DNA from: Peribolospora baueri
Lineage: Eukaryota
DNA length: 60,458 bases
Reading direction: 5' to 3'
NCBI GenBank assembly: GCA_029717555.1
Contig: JAMDHS010000113.1
Span: 1 to 60,458, forward strand
The position numbers were made by a program, and so were the translations under genes. The notes under the pieces were generated by a model. It was not told the DNA's origin. It searched no databases and saw only the letters and a program-made list of their open reading frames with translations. Position 1 is the first letter of the stretch. The number at the start of each line of letters is the position of its first letter. Below, piece after piece: positions 12,703 to 25,414 of the stretch.

Positions 12703-15700
12703 ATGGGTATCGACTACTTGTCCGCCGCCTCACCATCCGCGACCGAAACGCTGTTCTTCCCCGGCAACGGCAACGGCGGCGGCCCCGCCGGTGGCACCCC
12801 TCCGGGCAGCATTTTGGGGTGGGACGAGGATGGCGTGCATGCTTGGATGTCTGGATTGGGCTATCCACAGTATGAGGCCATGTTCAAAGGTGGGTGTGAA
12901 TGAAGGATACGTGGAACCGTCGGTCTGTGGGCAGAGAGGAAGGGAAAATGCTCATGAGGAAGGCCAGGCAGGAGTGGACGTTTGGAAGGGCAGTGCGGGC
13001 GGACGGCGACGGAGCATGTGGGCAGGAAAGAGCTTGGAGCACGGAAAGATGATTTGTTGAAAGTCTGGCCCCGGCCCTTCGTTCTTACGTCCATTCCTTT
13101 GCTCCCACATCCATGCCTTTACACCCCATATCTCTGTACCCCATGTGCCGTCCGTCGCGTTTTCAGAAAACGGCATCACCGGCGAGCTCCTTGTGCACCT
13201 CGACCACGATGCACTCAAAGACCTCGGCGTGCACTCAGTCGGACAGCGCCTGGCGATCCTCAAGGCGGTATACCACGTCAAGATCGCCCACGGCGTGCCC
13301 GTCGAGCAGGACCATTGGGCCCCTCCCTCGGAGGACTTGATGTCCGACTCCATATCCCTCCCGGACGGCAGCCTTTCCGGATCCATGAGTCAACTCTTGT
13401 CGGATCGGGACGAACGGATACGGATGCTCGAGGGCGAGGTGCTCAGGCTCAACGAGTTCCTGGGCCGGTTCACGGTCGAGTTTAAAGACGTTTGTAGGCA
13501 TATCGGTTTCAAGGTAAGTTGAGACGTCCCTTTCCCCCCCTCCCCTGAATATGTCGTTGTGATCCCCGTCTTTCTTCGACCTCCTCATCACTTTCACCGT
13601 TGCCTTTCGCCCCTTCAGACACCATCCCTCGACTACAATCCGTTTTCCAAAGTCTCCGCATCGTCCTCTGACCCTACGTCCCTCTACCCGACCGCGTCTG
13701 GCGGCTCGAGATTTGCGCCAGGCGAGCGAGGAGCCAACGCTGTGGCTGCGACCATCGCAAAGGCTCAGGGCGAGGCGAGGCGAGCCAAGGATGCCTCTTC
13801 CGGCAACGTCAGCCCCACGACACCCAGTCCAACTCGAACGACGGCTCCTCTCGACTCCGCGAGGGAGGGTGTGGGAATGGCAGCCCTGTCTGCCGGCCCG
13901 CCGGTCACCGTATCGGCCGCACCGAGCCCGGTGACCAGTATGTCTGCCCACGGAGCCACAGGACCAGGTATGGGCGTGGGCGGGAGCATGACGAGTCAAG
14001 CCGGTCCGTTATCCGCCGCGTCAGAGAAGCAATCAACACCCAGCTCTTACTCCAACTACCCCGAAGCGCCCTCCACCGCGCCCCCCAATACTGCCTCCAC
14101 CGCGCCCCCCGCCAGCGAAGCCTCCGTCGGTGCCAGTCCGCTCCCCACCCCATCCACGTCCCTCGCCGTCGCTCCCTCCTCCTTCCGCTCCGCCTCTTCT
14201 TCCTCCTCTTCCCACCCCAGACGAGATGCATCCGGCTCGACGGCTGATAGCTTGTACAAGTCCTTCCGAGTCACCCTCGATGACCCCTGCTACAAGGTGT
14301 TGCCGGCAGCGTTGAAGAAGTACAAGATCAACGATGACTGGCGGCAGTATGCTCTGTTCATTTGCTTTGGCAACACGGGTGAGTCGGTGGCGGCGGGCAG
14401 GTGACGTGTGTCACGGGCAGACGTGGGTCGTTCGTGAAGCTCATCGTCCATTTTGTTTTGTTTCACCGCTCATAGAACGCTGTCTCAGCTACGAAGATAA
14501 GCCACTGCTTATTTTCCAAAAGCTCAAGGAGCAGAAGCAAAATCCCGTTTTCATGGTGAGCTCTTCTGGTCCCTTACCCCCGGACCGCCTTTGGCGGATG
14601 CACGTCGTGTTTGCTCATCCTGTCGTCTTTGACATCGTCGGCTTCGCTCGTCTGCAGCTACGACATATCAGAGACGTCAAGTCCCCGATCGCCATCGCAA
14701 ATGCGAAGGCCGCCGCACGCAAGGCGCCGAACAAGAGCACCCCGGCTGCGACACGTTCAAAGACGGCTGGAGGGTTGACGCCGGCGACGGCCACGACGGA
14801 TGGGCCTTTTACGCCGAGCACTGCCGCCATATCTGCTACAGGGTCGGCGTCGGGGTCGGCGGCGGGGGCTGGGACAGGAAAGTCCGGAGAAGAGGGTGCT
14901 GGCGGCGCGGAGACTCAACGAGGAAATGGTGAGGGAGCGTCGTCGAGGCCGCCGGAGCAACATCGGATGGAAGGCCCGACGACATATGCGATCAGCATTT
15001 ACCCCTATGTGTCGGAGCGGGACGACGAATTTGATGTGAGCGTCGGCGACACGTTCATCGTCCTGTCCAAGGCCAAGGGATGGTGGGTCGTCCAGCGCGA
15101 TCCAGGGGGTGCGGGCGAAGGAGATCCGGATGAGGAGGAAGGTCACCAGAACGGCTGGGTGCCGGCCGGTTGTTTGCTCGAGACGAGCACGCCGCTCGCC
15201 CTATTGGCTGCCGAGACGGATGGAGAATCGGGAGGTGCCGCGAACGGCGGGGCTAAATTGCCGATAGAGATTACGGCCAAGACGCCGATCCCGCCAAGCT
15301 ACATCACCAGCACCAGCACGCCTGGAGTGCTACTCATGGACTATGTATCGCCCGACGACGGCCTGGACCTCAAGAAGGACGACCGGTTACGGGTGTTCAA
15401 GAGGTACAATCATTGGAGTTATGTGAGTGGTTCCCTTTCTCATCTTCTCTCTCTCTGCGTCGCCGTAAACCTTGGTGGCGAAGGCACTGAACGCTCGCCG
15501 TTTCCGACTGGCTACCCGCACCTGACACAGGCGGTAATAGAGACGGACGGCTACCCACGCGGCTGGGTGCCCTCCTGGTTCATCGGCAAGGTGCATTCGT
15601 CCAATTCCTCTTCGTCCGCCTCATCGCAATCCCAGTCGCAGTCCTCATCCGCTACCAAAACGCCGCAGTATCAGTCAGCTTCCTCTTCAGTCCTTCTCGA

Positions 15701-15887
15701 CCACTCGTCTTCCACTCCTCCCTCTTCTTCCACCACCGCCGCTTCATCTACCGCTCCGCCTCCTTCGTCCAATAACACTCTTTCCTCTGCAGCCAACGCC
15801 GGCGCTGGTATCGAACCTTCCAGTCCTGCCACGCCGGTCACTCCGTCAGCGGCGACGCAGCCAGGGGCAGGACCAACAGATGGCTGA
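12703..15887 (+). CDS. ubc2: Ste50/Ubc2 MAPK adaptor (SAM + RA + 2 SH3), about 6 exons
   Basis: SAM (WDEDGVHAWMSGLGYPQYE..ENGITGELLVHLDHDALKDLGVHSVGQRLAILKAVY), RA (KSFRVTLDDPCYKVLPAALKKYKINDDWRQYALFIC..ERCLSYEDKPLLIFQKLK), SH3-1 (AISIYPYVSERDDEFDV..GWW..GWVPAG) and SH3-2 (LMDY..LDLKKDDRLRVF..GWVPSWF). This architecture matches basidiomycete Ubc2. Confidence 0.9.
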
Positions 15888-16737
15888 GCTGCGCTCATAC
15901 GGCCGGGTCGGCCCACCGGTTTCAACATGGCTGTCTTTCTTTGCTCCCCCTCTAGTCTCTCCTTTCCTCTCTCACCCTCGCTTTCTCGCTCCTGCATAGG
16001 CTCATCTTTCCACCCCACCTATTCCTACTCTCTCACCCCGGTGCCTACTGCTGCCGCTGTTTGCTCTCCCTCTGGTCTCTCCCATCTCTTCCTGTCCTGA
16101 GTCATCCATCCACCCGCTCCTTTCTTTTCGTTCTTGCCTCCCTCCCTCCCCTCTTTTGCACTTCTCGTCTTTCTTCTTTCATTGATGTCCTCTTGCGCGC
16201 GGGCCCTCGCCCAGGTTTTTCTTGGCGAGCATGGCCCCTCCCTCCGTTTCGTCCCTCTCGCCGTTCGGTCCGTCTGCTTCGAACGACGGCAATCCATCCA
16301 TCCATCCATCCATTCACTCGACCCCGTTGCGAGCGCTTCTTGCAGAGCGGATGGCTGTACAACCACAGCCTCGGCGCGAGCCCGGCCGACGAGGGCGACA
16401 AAAGGCGAAACTGCGCGAGGAGTACGGGCGGAGGATGTCATGTTTGGTTTGGTTGGTGGAGGCGGGTGCGGTGTCGCATGGCGTCCACGTGGCGCGAACA
16501 GCACCGACCACCACGATCAACGTCGACGACGTTCGTTGATTTTATCCTGTCTGACGCCTAGACTTCTTCTCTCCGAGCCACGTCGACAGACGCTGTGTAC
16601 GACCCGATGCCGAGCTCTCTTTGAGCGATCTCGCCTCTCCCGCTGGGTCGGGCAAGACAGACCAGCGCGCTCTGACCCCGTCTTGTCTCTTCTGGTCACG
16701 CACGGCGTTGCCGGCGGCCGCAAGGGATGCGGTGGCT

Positions 16738-16783
16738 GGACACGAGTTATGAGGATCGACGGACACGAGTTATGAGCATCGAC
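16738..16783. repeat. 23-bp tandem duplication (2 copies, 1 mismatch)
   Basis: GGACACGAGTTATGAGGATCGAC followed by GGACACGAGTTATGAGCATCGAC. Confidence 0.9.
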
Positions 16784-17168
16784 CGCGAGCGCAGACGAAA
16801 TGAGCCGACGCAGAGGGGACTTGGATATGGTCTTCTTCTTCTTCTTCTTCTTCTCAAGGCATCTCATCCTCTCTTCCCTCATCCAGTCTTCCATCCACCA
16901 TGCCGTGACCCGACCTCGGGACGATCCTTTCCGTGCACACGCTCACTGCTTTCCCTTTCTCAACACCTCCGCTACGGCTTCCCCCACGCTCACTCCTGCT
17001 AGACTGCTACACTGTTGCGGCGTGACGGCGCGAAGCCCATCTTGTTCATATTCCGCCGTACACGCCTCTTCCTCTTCGTCCTTCCAAACCGCGACCTCCT
17101 TCTCTCCGTCTTCCCACAACGCTCTCACCGCCCCGCCCTCCACCACCTCGCCGAGACGGGCCGGAAAG

Positions 17169-20100
17169 ATGCGCTACCTCCCCACAACTCTCCCTCCCCC
17201 CGTCCGACCGGACCGCATTCACGCTGCCCGACGGCGCCGCCGCCAATGTCGCTTTGGACACAAGGTCTTCAAGCTCGGTTGCTCCGGCTGCGCCAAGGTT
17301 CCAGTCGGGAAGGAGATCGCCGTGCTCCTTTACGTGGGCGAGGAGGGAGGCGCGAAATACGACACTATCTCCGACCATGACGAGGCGAAAGAAAGGCGCT
17401 TGAGACGAAGCTTGGTGCAACTTCAAAAGCTGGGCGAGACGACCGGTCTGCTCGACCCCGTCGTCGTTAGGGCCGTTGCCCCCAATTGTACGTGCCCCGC
17501 TCTCGCTCGCGAGACAGGTGCTCCTCGGCGGACGCGCTGACTCGTGCCGTTCAACTGCATACGTCACACCAGCCTTCGCCCTCGACCCTCGCCTCCGACT
17601 ACCCCTGGTCAAGGCCATCTCGCGCCTCTCCTCTCGGAGCGCAATCACTTTGCCAGTCTGCCCGAGCTCTCTCTTGCCGCCCTCTTCGAGCCTACGAAGC
17701 TCGCGCACCCCTTTTTCTCCACCTTCTTCCAGTTCCGTCAGGTCTCCCGGCCTTGGAGATGCGGAGGAGGTCGGTCGAGACGGATCCGCCGGCCGAGTCG
17801 GACAAGTCTCGCGACCTTCGCCTTCCATCTCGATAGTCGGAAGGGCAGGCTCGCGACGGAGTTTCCTCATTTTGCAGAACAAGAGCAAGGCAGGAGGAGC
17901 GGTGCTCGGCGGCCTGATACCTGATGAAGTCGTGCTCATAAACAGAAAGGCGGTCGCGACGCGGAGAAAGTCTCTGGGGCCACAGAGAACATTTGGCGGG
18001 GGTAGAGGACCAACAGAGAAGGTAATAACTGCACGACCGAATTTGGAGCTCGCATACATGCACATTCACGGGTCGACTGATGGGATGCATTAATGCTTTT
18101 CGTGCTCCCTATGATACTACAGGAAAGTGCTCAGTCTTCACGGCCCCATTCGCCAACCGCCAGAACATGCGTGCAGGTTGTCGGAGATTCGCCGTCAGGC
18201 GAGGACCAGGATGATCCTAGCGCGGGCGACATTCTCTGGTCGGTCGCGTCAGATGCGCCAGACCCTTCCGATCTCTTCCTGCTTTCCAACGTCCAATCGA
18301 CCTGTAGCGACCGTAGCGATCTCCACAGTCCATCTGCCTTCGGACATGGCTCTCGCTCTGGCCCTGCAGGTCAGCTTGCAGGCGAAAGCCTACGTACGAA
18401 TAAGCCGCTGCCGGAACTACCTGCCTCCACCCCGCCTAGTTGGCTCGAACCTTTTCCTTCGCGGCCAGTGTTGGACGACCCTTGTCGACCTGTCACGCCG
18501 ACTCCTCAAGGAGTCCGTAGCACCAGTGACAAGCCGGCGCGCCCGTCCAAGTCCCCTTTGCGGCCTCAGGCTCGACAGACGCCTCGAGATGCGCCACCGA
18601 TGATAGCTGTATCCGTTGACGATACTACTAGTGGCCCGGAGGATGTCAAATTGGAGGCCGACAGCAGTGTCTCCATTTTGCCTGCTATGGGCGGCGCAAC
18701 TCGTCGGCGCTCTAACACGCTCTCGATCTTTGCCCCTCGATCAGGAGCCGAAGAAGGACGCCGACTACGACCACGGTTCGGGACCGTTCGGGCTCACTCG
18801 TTTTCCCTCCAAGCGCTGAGACGGCCGAGCAACTTTCTTGATTCCCTGCCATCGCCGGCACGTCTGGCGTCTGCGCCCGTATCAGAGCGGGGAACTGTGC
18901 TGATGGCGGACCGGGGAAGCGAAGGAGATGAGCTTGGCACGGCGGTCAGCGAGGCGACGAGGGCCATTATCAGGAAGGATGAGGGGGCAAGGACGGCCAT
19001 GATGAAACTCCTCGCTTCCATCTCGCTCTCTGTCGATCAAGAATCCGAAGGTGAAGATGAAGTCGGAGACGGAGATGGCCATTCCGACGTAAACGAGGGC
19101 CAAATCATATCCGCTGAGTTGCAGGACGAGCTTGATGACGATACCACGACGGGTGCTGGCGTGGACGCGTCGGCCAAAGCGGTCACGTCTGAGCGGCTAT
19201 CCGTGCATGCGTCGGAAATCGCTGTTGGTAGTGAGTCGTTCACGTGTACCAACTTGCTCTTCCCTGACGGCGCAACGGCGAAGATGATACACGAGCTCAA
19301 GACAGTTCCACAGCCCACAACTGAGCCCTTCCTTTCGTTTCCTTCTCGTCCCAGTCATCAGACGAAATCCCATTCCGAACGGACTCCGCTCCTCTCCGCC
19401 ACTACCAGTTCTCCGCTCGCCGTCGAAGAAAAAGAACGAGAGCACGACTCCGGGTGGCTTAGATTCACCGATCCTTCAGTGTCCGGCCCCACGGGTCGAA
19501 GAACGCCGGATTGGAAGAGAACAGCGCAAGGACAAAGTACATCGCGCGACCCACAATGTCGATGCCACCGTCGGCGCCAACTCGGACAGGCGATGGGCCG
19601 TTCTCGGGCGGAGAACGACTCCCAAAGGTCTCTCGAAGGAAGGGAGCAACGACAAGGTTGCGAAGGGCTGGAGGCTCCTATTCTCCTCCCCACCCGTCGC
19701 TCGTAGCGAGATTACGGCCGTCTGGCCTCCATCTGGGCCTTCTAGACATGGGCAAGCAGCGGAAAGTACGCGGCCTTCGGCAATGCGCGAGCGCCCGGTG
19801 GGTGCCGACATCTCAGAAGACGCCCAGCTCCAGGCCAGTGCCGGCGGTGTGGTTTCTAGCAAACGTCTGCTAAGGCGTTCGAAAAGCGGTCCAAGTTCGA
19901 GTGCCAACCGAACGCTCCAGCCGTCCGCAGGCATCGAAGGTTCGAATCGTCGGCGACGCTCATTTCGAGCCGACAGGATGGACTCGTCAAAGGATGACCC
20001 TGTCAGCCCGAACAGGCTCGATAGCAAAAGCTCCCTATCGCCAATGCTGTCCTCGTCCACACAAACGCAACAATCCGATCCCGTCCCGAGCTCGTCGTCA

Positions 20101-21789
20101 GTCCTGCCGGATACGAGGATGAACAGCTTGCCTTCGCGAGGCGTCTTGTCCCTGACGAAGAGGCGTCAGAGCCGAAAAGGAGGGGGAGAGGGAGGCAAGA
20201 GAGGAACGGCGAGCCCTCCACCGCCGCTCGACCTTCGAGCGGCTGCCAGATATGGGAAAGGGACACTGCTCGGTTCGAGGACCGTGGGCGCGGCGCTGGC
20301 GTCAGCTCTCGCGCCGTCATACGCTCCGGCCCTACCTAGTGCCCACTCGATCCTCGACACAGCCGAAGGGCCCGAAGGAAGGAGAAGCGGCGGAGATCGT
20401 AGGACCTCTCCCTGTCGGGCTGCCCAGACAGATAACCAGATTGTTGGAGAGGTCGCAGGGTTGGACGGCTCTTCGGAGGAGGATGTAGGACTCGTCAGCA
20501 GATTTTCCTCTGGATCCGCTACAGACACGACCGTCTCCAGGCCTGCGTCGGCATCAGGGTCGGCAGCAGGCTCAGGGTTAAGCTCAATCCCAGCGCGGTC
20601 AGGTCCTTTGTCTCCTCGAAGGCTTGCCTCGACGACGTCGTCGTCGTCCTCGAGCAACCACGACAACTCCTCATGGCGTCCTTCTCTCCGCTCCCTGCGG
20701 CCATTCGTCGCCACTGGGAGCGCACCAGCGCCTCCGCCAAGTCTTCCTCTGCCACACCTGCCTCCGGTAGCTCATTTGCCGGAAAGGGCCCCCCTGGTTT
20801 GGGATGAATCTGACCCATTTGCGGCCGCTTCTCCCTACTACTCAAAACCGATCAAGCTCGGTTCATCGTCTTCGCCGCACCTTAGCCGGGTTCGAGGTCA
20901 AAAACATGACGTGGAAGAGGGGCCGCTATCGCCCAAATCTAGTGCTTTCCCTTGTCTTATACCCGCGACCCCTTGGTCGGCAACGGATATGATTCGTCGG
21001 CAGATGGACGCCGGGCCGGAAGGAGTAGCCGACACTGTGGACTCGAGTCCTGACACAGTGGCGACGAACTTGGCGCCTGGGACGCCTCCTCCCTTCGCTC
21101 CAACACTAGGTCCGCTGTCAAGTCAGGCGCTGCTCAGACCAACGACTCAAGTCCAATCGTGCTCACCGTCGTTCAGCAGTGCGGAGCACATCGCCTCTGG
21201 GTGGGCTGAAGGATTGAAGAGCAGTCTGGAAGACTTTGGCTCGTTTACGCGATGCGAGGGCGGCAAGGACGCCGGCGCGAGCGGAGAATATGAAACCCAG
21301 GGGGAGGGGTTTCTCGAGCTGTCTCTTTATGGAGGTGGAACGGACTACAAGGGCAAGGGCAAGGGTAAGGGCAAGGAAGTAGATGGAGACGTATGCTCGC
21401 TCTTCCAGTCGCCGTCGTCCCGGCCCCGGTCGATATCACCCTCCGGCGACCGGATGCTCGAGGCAGTTCCTCGTCCAGCACGTTCGTCGCATCGCTCTAC
21501 CGTACCTTTTTCCCCACCCGCACCACCCATCTCCGACCCAGAGCCAGATGGACTACCTACTCCAGACACACCGCTCCGATTGTATCTCGAGCTGCTCGAA
21601 GCGACAGAATGCTCGTACGAGGAGGCGGAGAAGATGGAAAGGGAGTTTGCAAGGGAGTTGGAGAGGATGGAGAGGGCGCGGAGGAAGGGCGCTAGGAGGC
21701 GGTCAGGGCCCAGGACCAAGGCCAACGTTCACCCAAGTCAGGGCCGTGGTCCCAATGGTGGGACTTGGGAAGCGAGCTGGGAGCGATGA
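17169..21789 (+). CDS. Hypothetical large Ser/Pro-rich protein, 4 exons (introns 17488-17572, 18022-18122, 19231-19354)
   Basis: Three phase-consistent GT..AG introns join ORFs 16800-17540, 17476-18093, 18093-19706 and 19783-21789 into one frame. It has a globular-looking N-terminus and a C-terminal coiled coil (EEAEKMEREFARELERMERAR). Confidence 0.65.
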
Positions 21790-22833
21790 CGCACTAACTG
21801 GACCTATCTTGCAGGACAAGTCACGGGCACAAGAAGTCTGCTTGATTTGCAGGCTGCAGCGGCAGAAAAGAAACCAAGTCCTTCCCCTCTCGTCTTCTCC
21901 CTCCCGTGGTGGGGCCGGTGGCAGGACCCGGAACGGAGAGCTCATATCCTGCGTCCATCACAGATCACGTTGTTACCGTACATTGTTAGCTATTGTACCT
22001 CGGTCGTCTAAGTTTACCCGTGTCACTGTATCCTATCCTATCCCCACAACCTTGACCCATCCGTCTCTTCCGGTTCTATCACGTTCCCTTCTTCCCTCCT
22101 CGGCTTCTTTTCCTTTCTTTGCAGCGAACGTGCGCAGTTGCAATGCGACCTCGTATGTTGACGCGCATGTGCACACTCGTTCCTTATTATCGGTCCGAGC
22201 GGCCCGCGTCGAGGAAGAGAAGAAGGCTTGCCGATTAGCGCCCATTGCTCTGAGGAAGCTTCTCTCCCGCTCCTCCTCCTCCCCGTTCTCTCATTGTCTC
22301 TCACAGAAACAGTCAAGAATGCAATGCGGACAAGAGTCTGCCGAGAGGGTGAGTATATAAGGGAGACAGACCCGATGAGCATAACATGGACATGGCCCGG
22401 CCCTTCTTCCTCACGTGTGCTGACGTTGCCCATGGCCTCTGCTCTGGCCGGCTATGCCGGTCACCTGTAACTTAGCTACGTCCTGCGCCGAGCTCCACTT
22501 CCGCCTCCCTTGGGCAACTACGCAGCTGACCACTATTTGCCGAGCTTGCCTCCGCCTTCTGTCGACGGCGTCTGTCTTCGCTCTGCCGGAGGGAGAAACT
22601 GCTGGCTCGGACGGAAGCTTGCCAGAACGCGGACGGAGGCTTCGTGCGCCGACACCATCGTCCATCCGACGATCGTTGTCTCACCGCCTCGTTCCTAGCA
22701 TTTAAGACGACCTAAATGGTCGGTCCATCGGTCCTGCTCCCTTTCACCACTCTCTCTCCTTCCCTTCTCCCCCCTCCCTCTTCCTGCTCTATCCCTTTTC
22801 CTCCACCCTCCCCACGTCCCCACCGCCTCCACC

Positions 22834-24338
22834 ATGCGCGCCAGCACGGCCTCCCTGGCGGCTCTCGCCTCCTCCTCCCTCCTCCTCGCCCCCATCGTAG
22901 CCGCTGGGCCTGTGGCCCAGGTGCTCGCTCCGAGGTCAGGGTCAGACTACGTCTCCTCCGCCCAGCTGAACCAGTCCCAGCAAATCGTCTACAAGGACCA
23001 CGAGGCCATGGGCACGCCCACCCCTGCGCGGCGCGACACCAACGCCGCCCCCACGCCCATCTCCAGCGCTATGCAGGCTCAGTACTCCACTATCGCCAGG
23101 TTTGCGGCCGCCGCCGAGTGCCCTAGCGTCGCTAACGGCTGGACCTGTGGTTGTGAGTAAGAGAACTTTTCGGCGTTGACCAGCGGCAAAGAGATTTGCA
23201 CGCCGCTCGGACTACCAGAGGTGGGGGCGTTCGACTGGGTGCGGCCATGCTCACGCGTCGCCCTTTCTCCGCCTTGAATAGCCGCCTGTGACGTCGACCC
23301 CAAGACTCAAGTTATCTGGCACGGCGGCGACGACAACGCCACGCCCTACGGTGAGTCCCCGCGCGTGCGCATCGTCTACACGGAGCGCAGGGAGAGCTAG
23401 AGCTGAACCCGTCAATCTGTGTCGTGGCTGTACAGCCTATGTGGCCTACTCGCCGGCTCAGTCCGCCATTGTGGTGGCTCATCAGGTGAGCAGCGGACGA
23501 AATGCGTACGACGGCGACTTGCGTCCATCCTCACGCTCACTCATTTTTATCTTCTTATTCCTGTCTACCTCCGCTCGCCCGTGTCGCAGGGAACCAACAC
23601 CTCGTCCCTCCTCTCCATTCTGGACGACGCTACGTTCGTCCCGTGGGGCCTCGACTCTGACCTGTCTACCTACGGTAATGCCCCCACTCCTACGGGCACT
23701 CCGATGGTGCACTCTGGCTTCCAGAACACCTTCTCCAACACGGCCGCAAGCGTACTCTCCGCCGTTCAAACCGGGTTGTCCAAGTACCAGGTCAGCAAGG
23801 TTATCGTCACCGGGCACTCGCTTGGCGCGGCCATCTCCCTGCTCGAGGCGGTCCACATGAAGGAGAAGCTGGCCACCTCTGTGAGCATTGTGGCCAACGT
23901 CTTCGGCCTCCCTCGTGTGGGTAACCAGGACTTTGCCAACTGGGTCGACGCCATGTACCCTCCCGCCTTCGCCTCCACGACTGCTTTCTACCACCTGGTG
24001 GACGCCAACGACATTGTGCCCCACCTGCCTCCCGAGGACTTAGGCTTCCGCCACCCGTCTGGAGAGGTATTCATCAACCCCGCTGGATCCAACTCTGCCT
24101 CGTGGTGTCCCGGCCAGGAGGATGACCAGTGCTCGAACCAGTACAGCGCCTTGTCCCTCAGCACGAGCCCGCATGATGGGTGAGTGCGGGCGCGGAAGAG
24201 GTCTCTTTGCTTCGCTCTTGGGCTCCGTATGGTTCGCTGACCGATGACTCGTCTGTCTCCCTTTCCTCGGCCCCCCGGTTCCTCTTCCACAGTCCTTACT
24301 TCGGCCAGCCGATGGGCGGCTCGTACGCCTGCTCGTGA
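22834..24338 (+). CDS. Secreted class-3 (fungal triacylglycerol) lipase
   Basis: Signal peptide MRASTASLAALASSSLLLAPIVAA; motifs VAHQGTN, VHSGF, GHSLG (nucleophile Ser), FGLPRVGN, NDIVPHLP (Asp) and PHDGPYFG (His). Confidence 0.92.
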
Positions 24339-25414
24339 ACCTCGTCTTTCTATTTTACTGAACAGTGTTTGAGGAAATATGCGGGCCCGGAATCGTTTTT
24401 TTCCCATATGTACGACTGGGCAATGACCGACCACAACTTGTGGTTGCGAGGCTTTTCTGAATCTATAGGAATGGCAATACCACTTGTGCATGTGAGACGA
24501 GCAAATAGAGGAGAGGTGTGGAAGAAGGGAAAAATAGATCGAAACGTCGAAATACCGAGCCTCACTGTGGTCGTCATAGAGGTAACTATACTACATATGC
24601 GCGGAAAACGCTCCTCTTTCATCCAAACCACCGAGGAGCGCCCGCACTCGGACACGAAGGATGATCCGGTCTTCGAGAGCTCCTTTGGCTCGGCGTCGCG
24701 CATCGAGCTCGACGCTCCAACCTCGCTCCAGCGATAGCTCAAGAAGACCATCGCAGGCGCCGCGCCCGTTGCGTTTTACCCCATGCGGTACCTCAGCGCT
24801 GCAGCCTCTCAGCCTGCGTCTTTTTTTTCGGTCGGTTCGACGCAACGGAGTCGCAACGCCTGCGCGCCCATCCTCGCACGGTTCTCAACGTGTCCAAGGA
24901 CGACATGCGATCGCACTTTTGAGCCGAGCACGTGGGATGGCGAATGAACGGCAAAAGGTCGAACGGCGAAATGTTCTCGCGCCCTATGTATCGGCAGTAC
25001 AAAACACTTCAACTGGTGTGCGATTTTGTATATTGGACCCGCTCTGCATGTACTTGGCCTCTACCCTCTTCTCCGGTCCCTGGAGATGCAATCCACCAGA
25101 AGCAAGTAAGAGAGAAAGAGAGAGACGGAGATACGACAGCTGAATCTCTCCATCCGAGAGAAAAGTGTGGACAAACCGATATAGTCCCGATGGAGTTCTT
25201 GGCTCCGAAGACATGTTTCGTCGATTCGGCCCATTACCCCGTTCGGAGCAGCCAAGTCTGGGCGCTTCGCTTCTCTGCAAGAATTCGTCAGTCCCCATTG
25301 CGGGCGGTGAGGTCTCTCACGTTCTTCGAGGCACGCCCTGTCTGCTGCACCTTCTAAGCCGGAGCGCGGGTATAGTATTAAAATAAAAAAATAAATACAG
25401 GCGGGAAGACTCGC

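Noticed and set aside
18093..21789. Apparent frameshift or pseudogene between ORFs 18093-19706 and 19783-21789
   Set aside because: Resolved by a phase-1 GT..AG intron at 19231-19354.
24340..25410. Possible ncRNA or Pol III gene (T8 run near 24821) between the lipase and the transporter
   Set aside because: No tRNA cloverleaf, A/B boxes or snoRNA boxes could be recognised by eye; an Infernal/Rfam scan would be needed.
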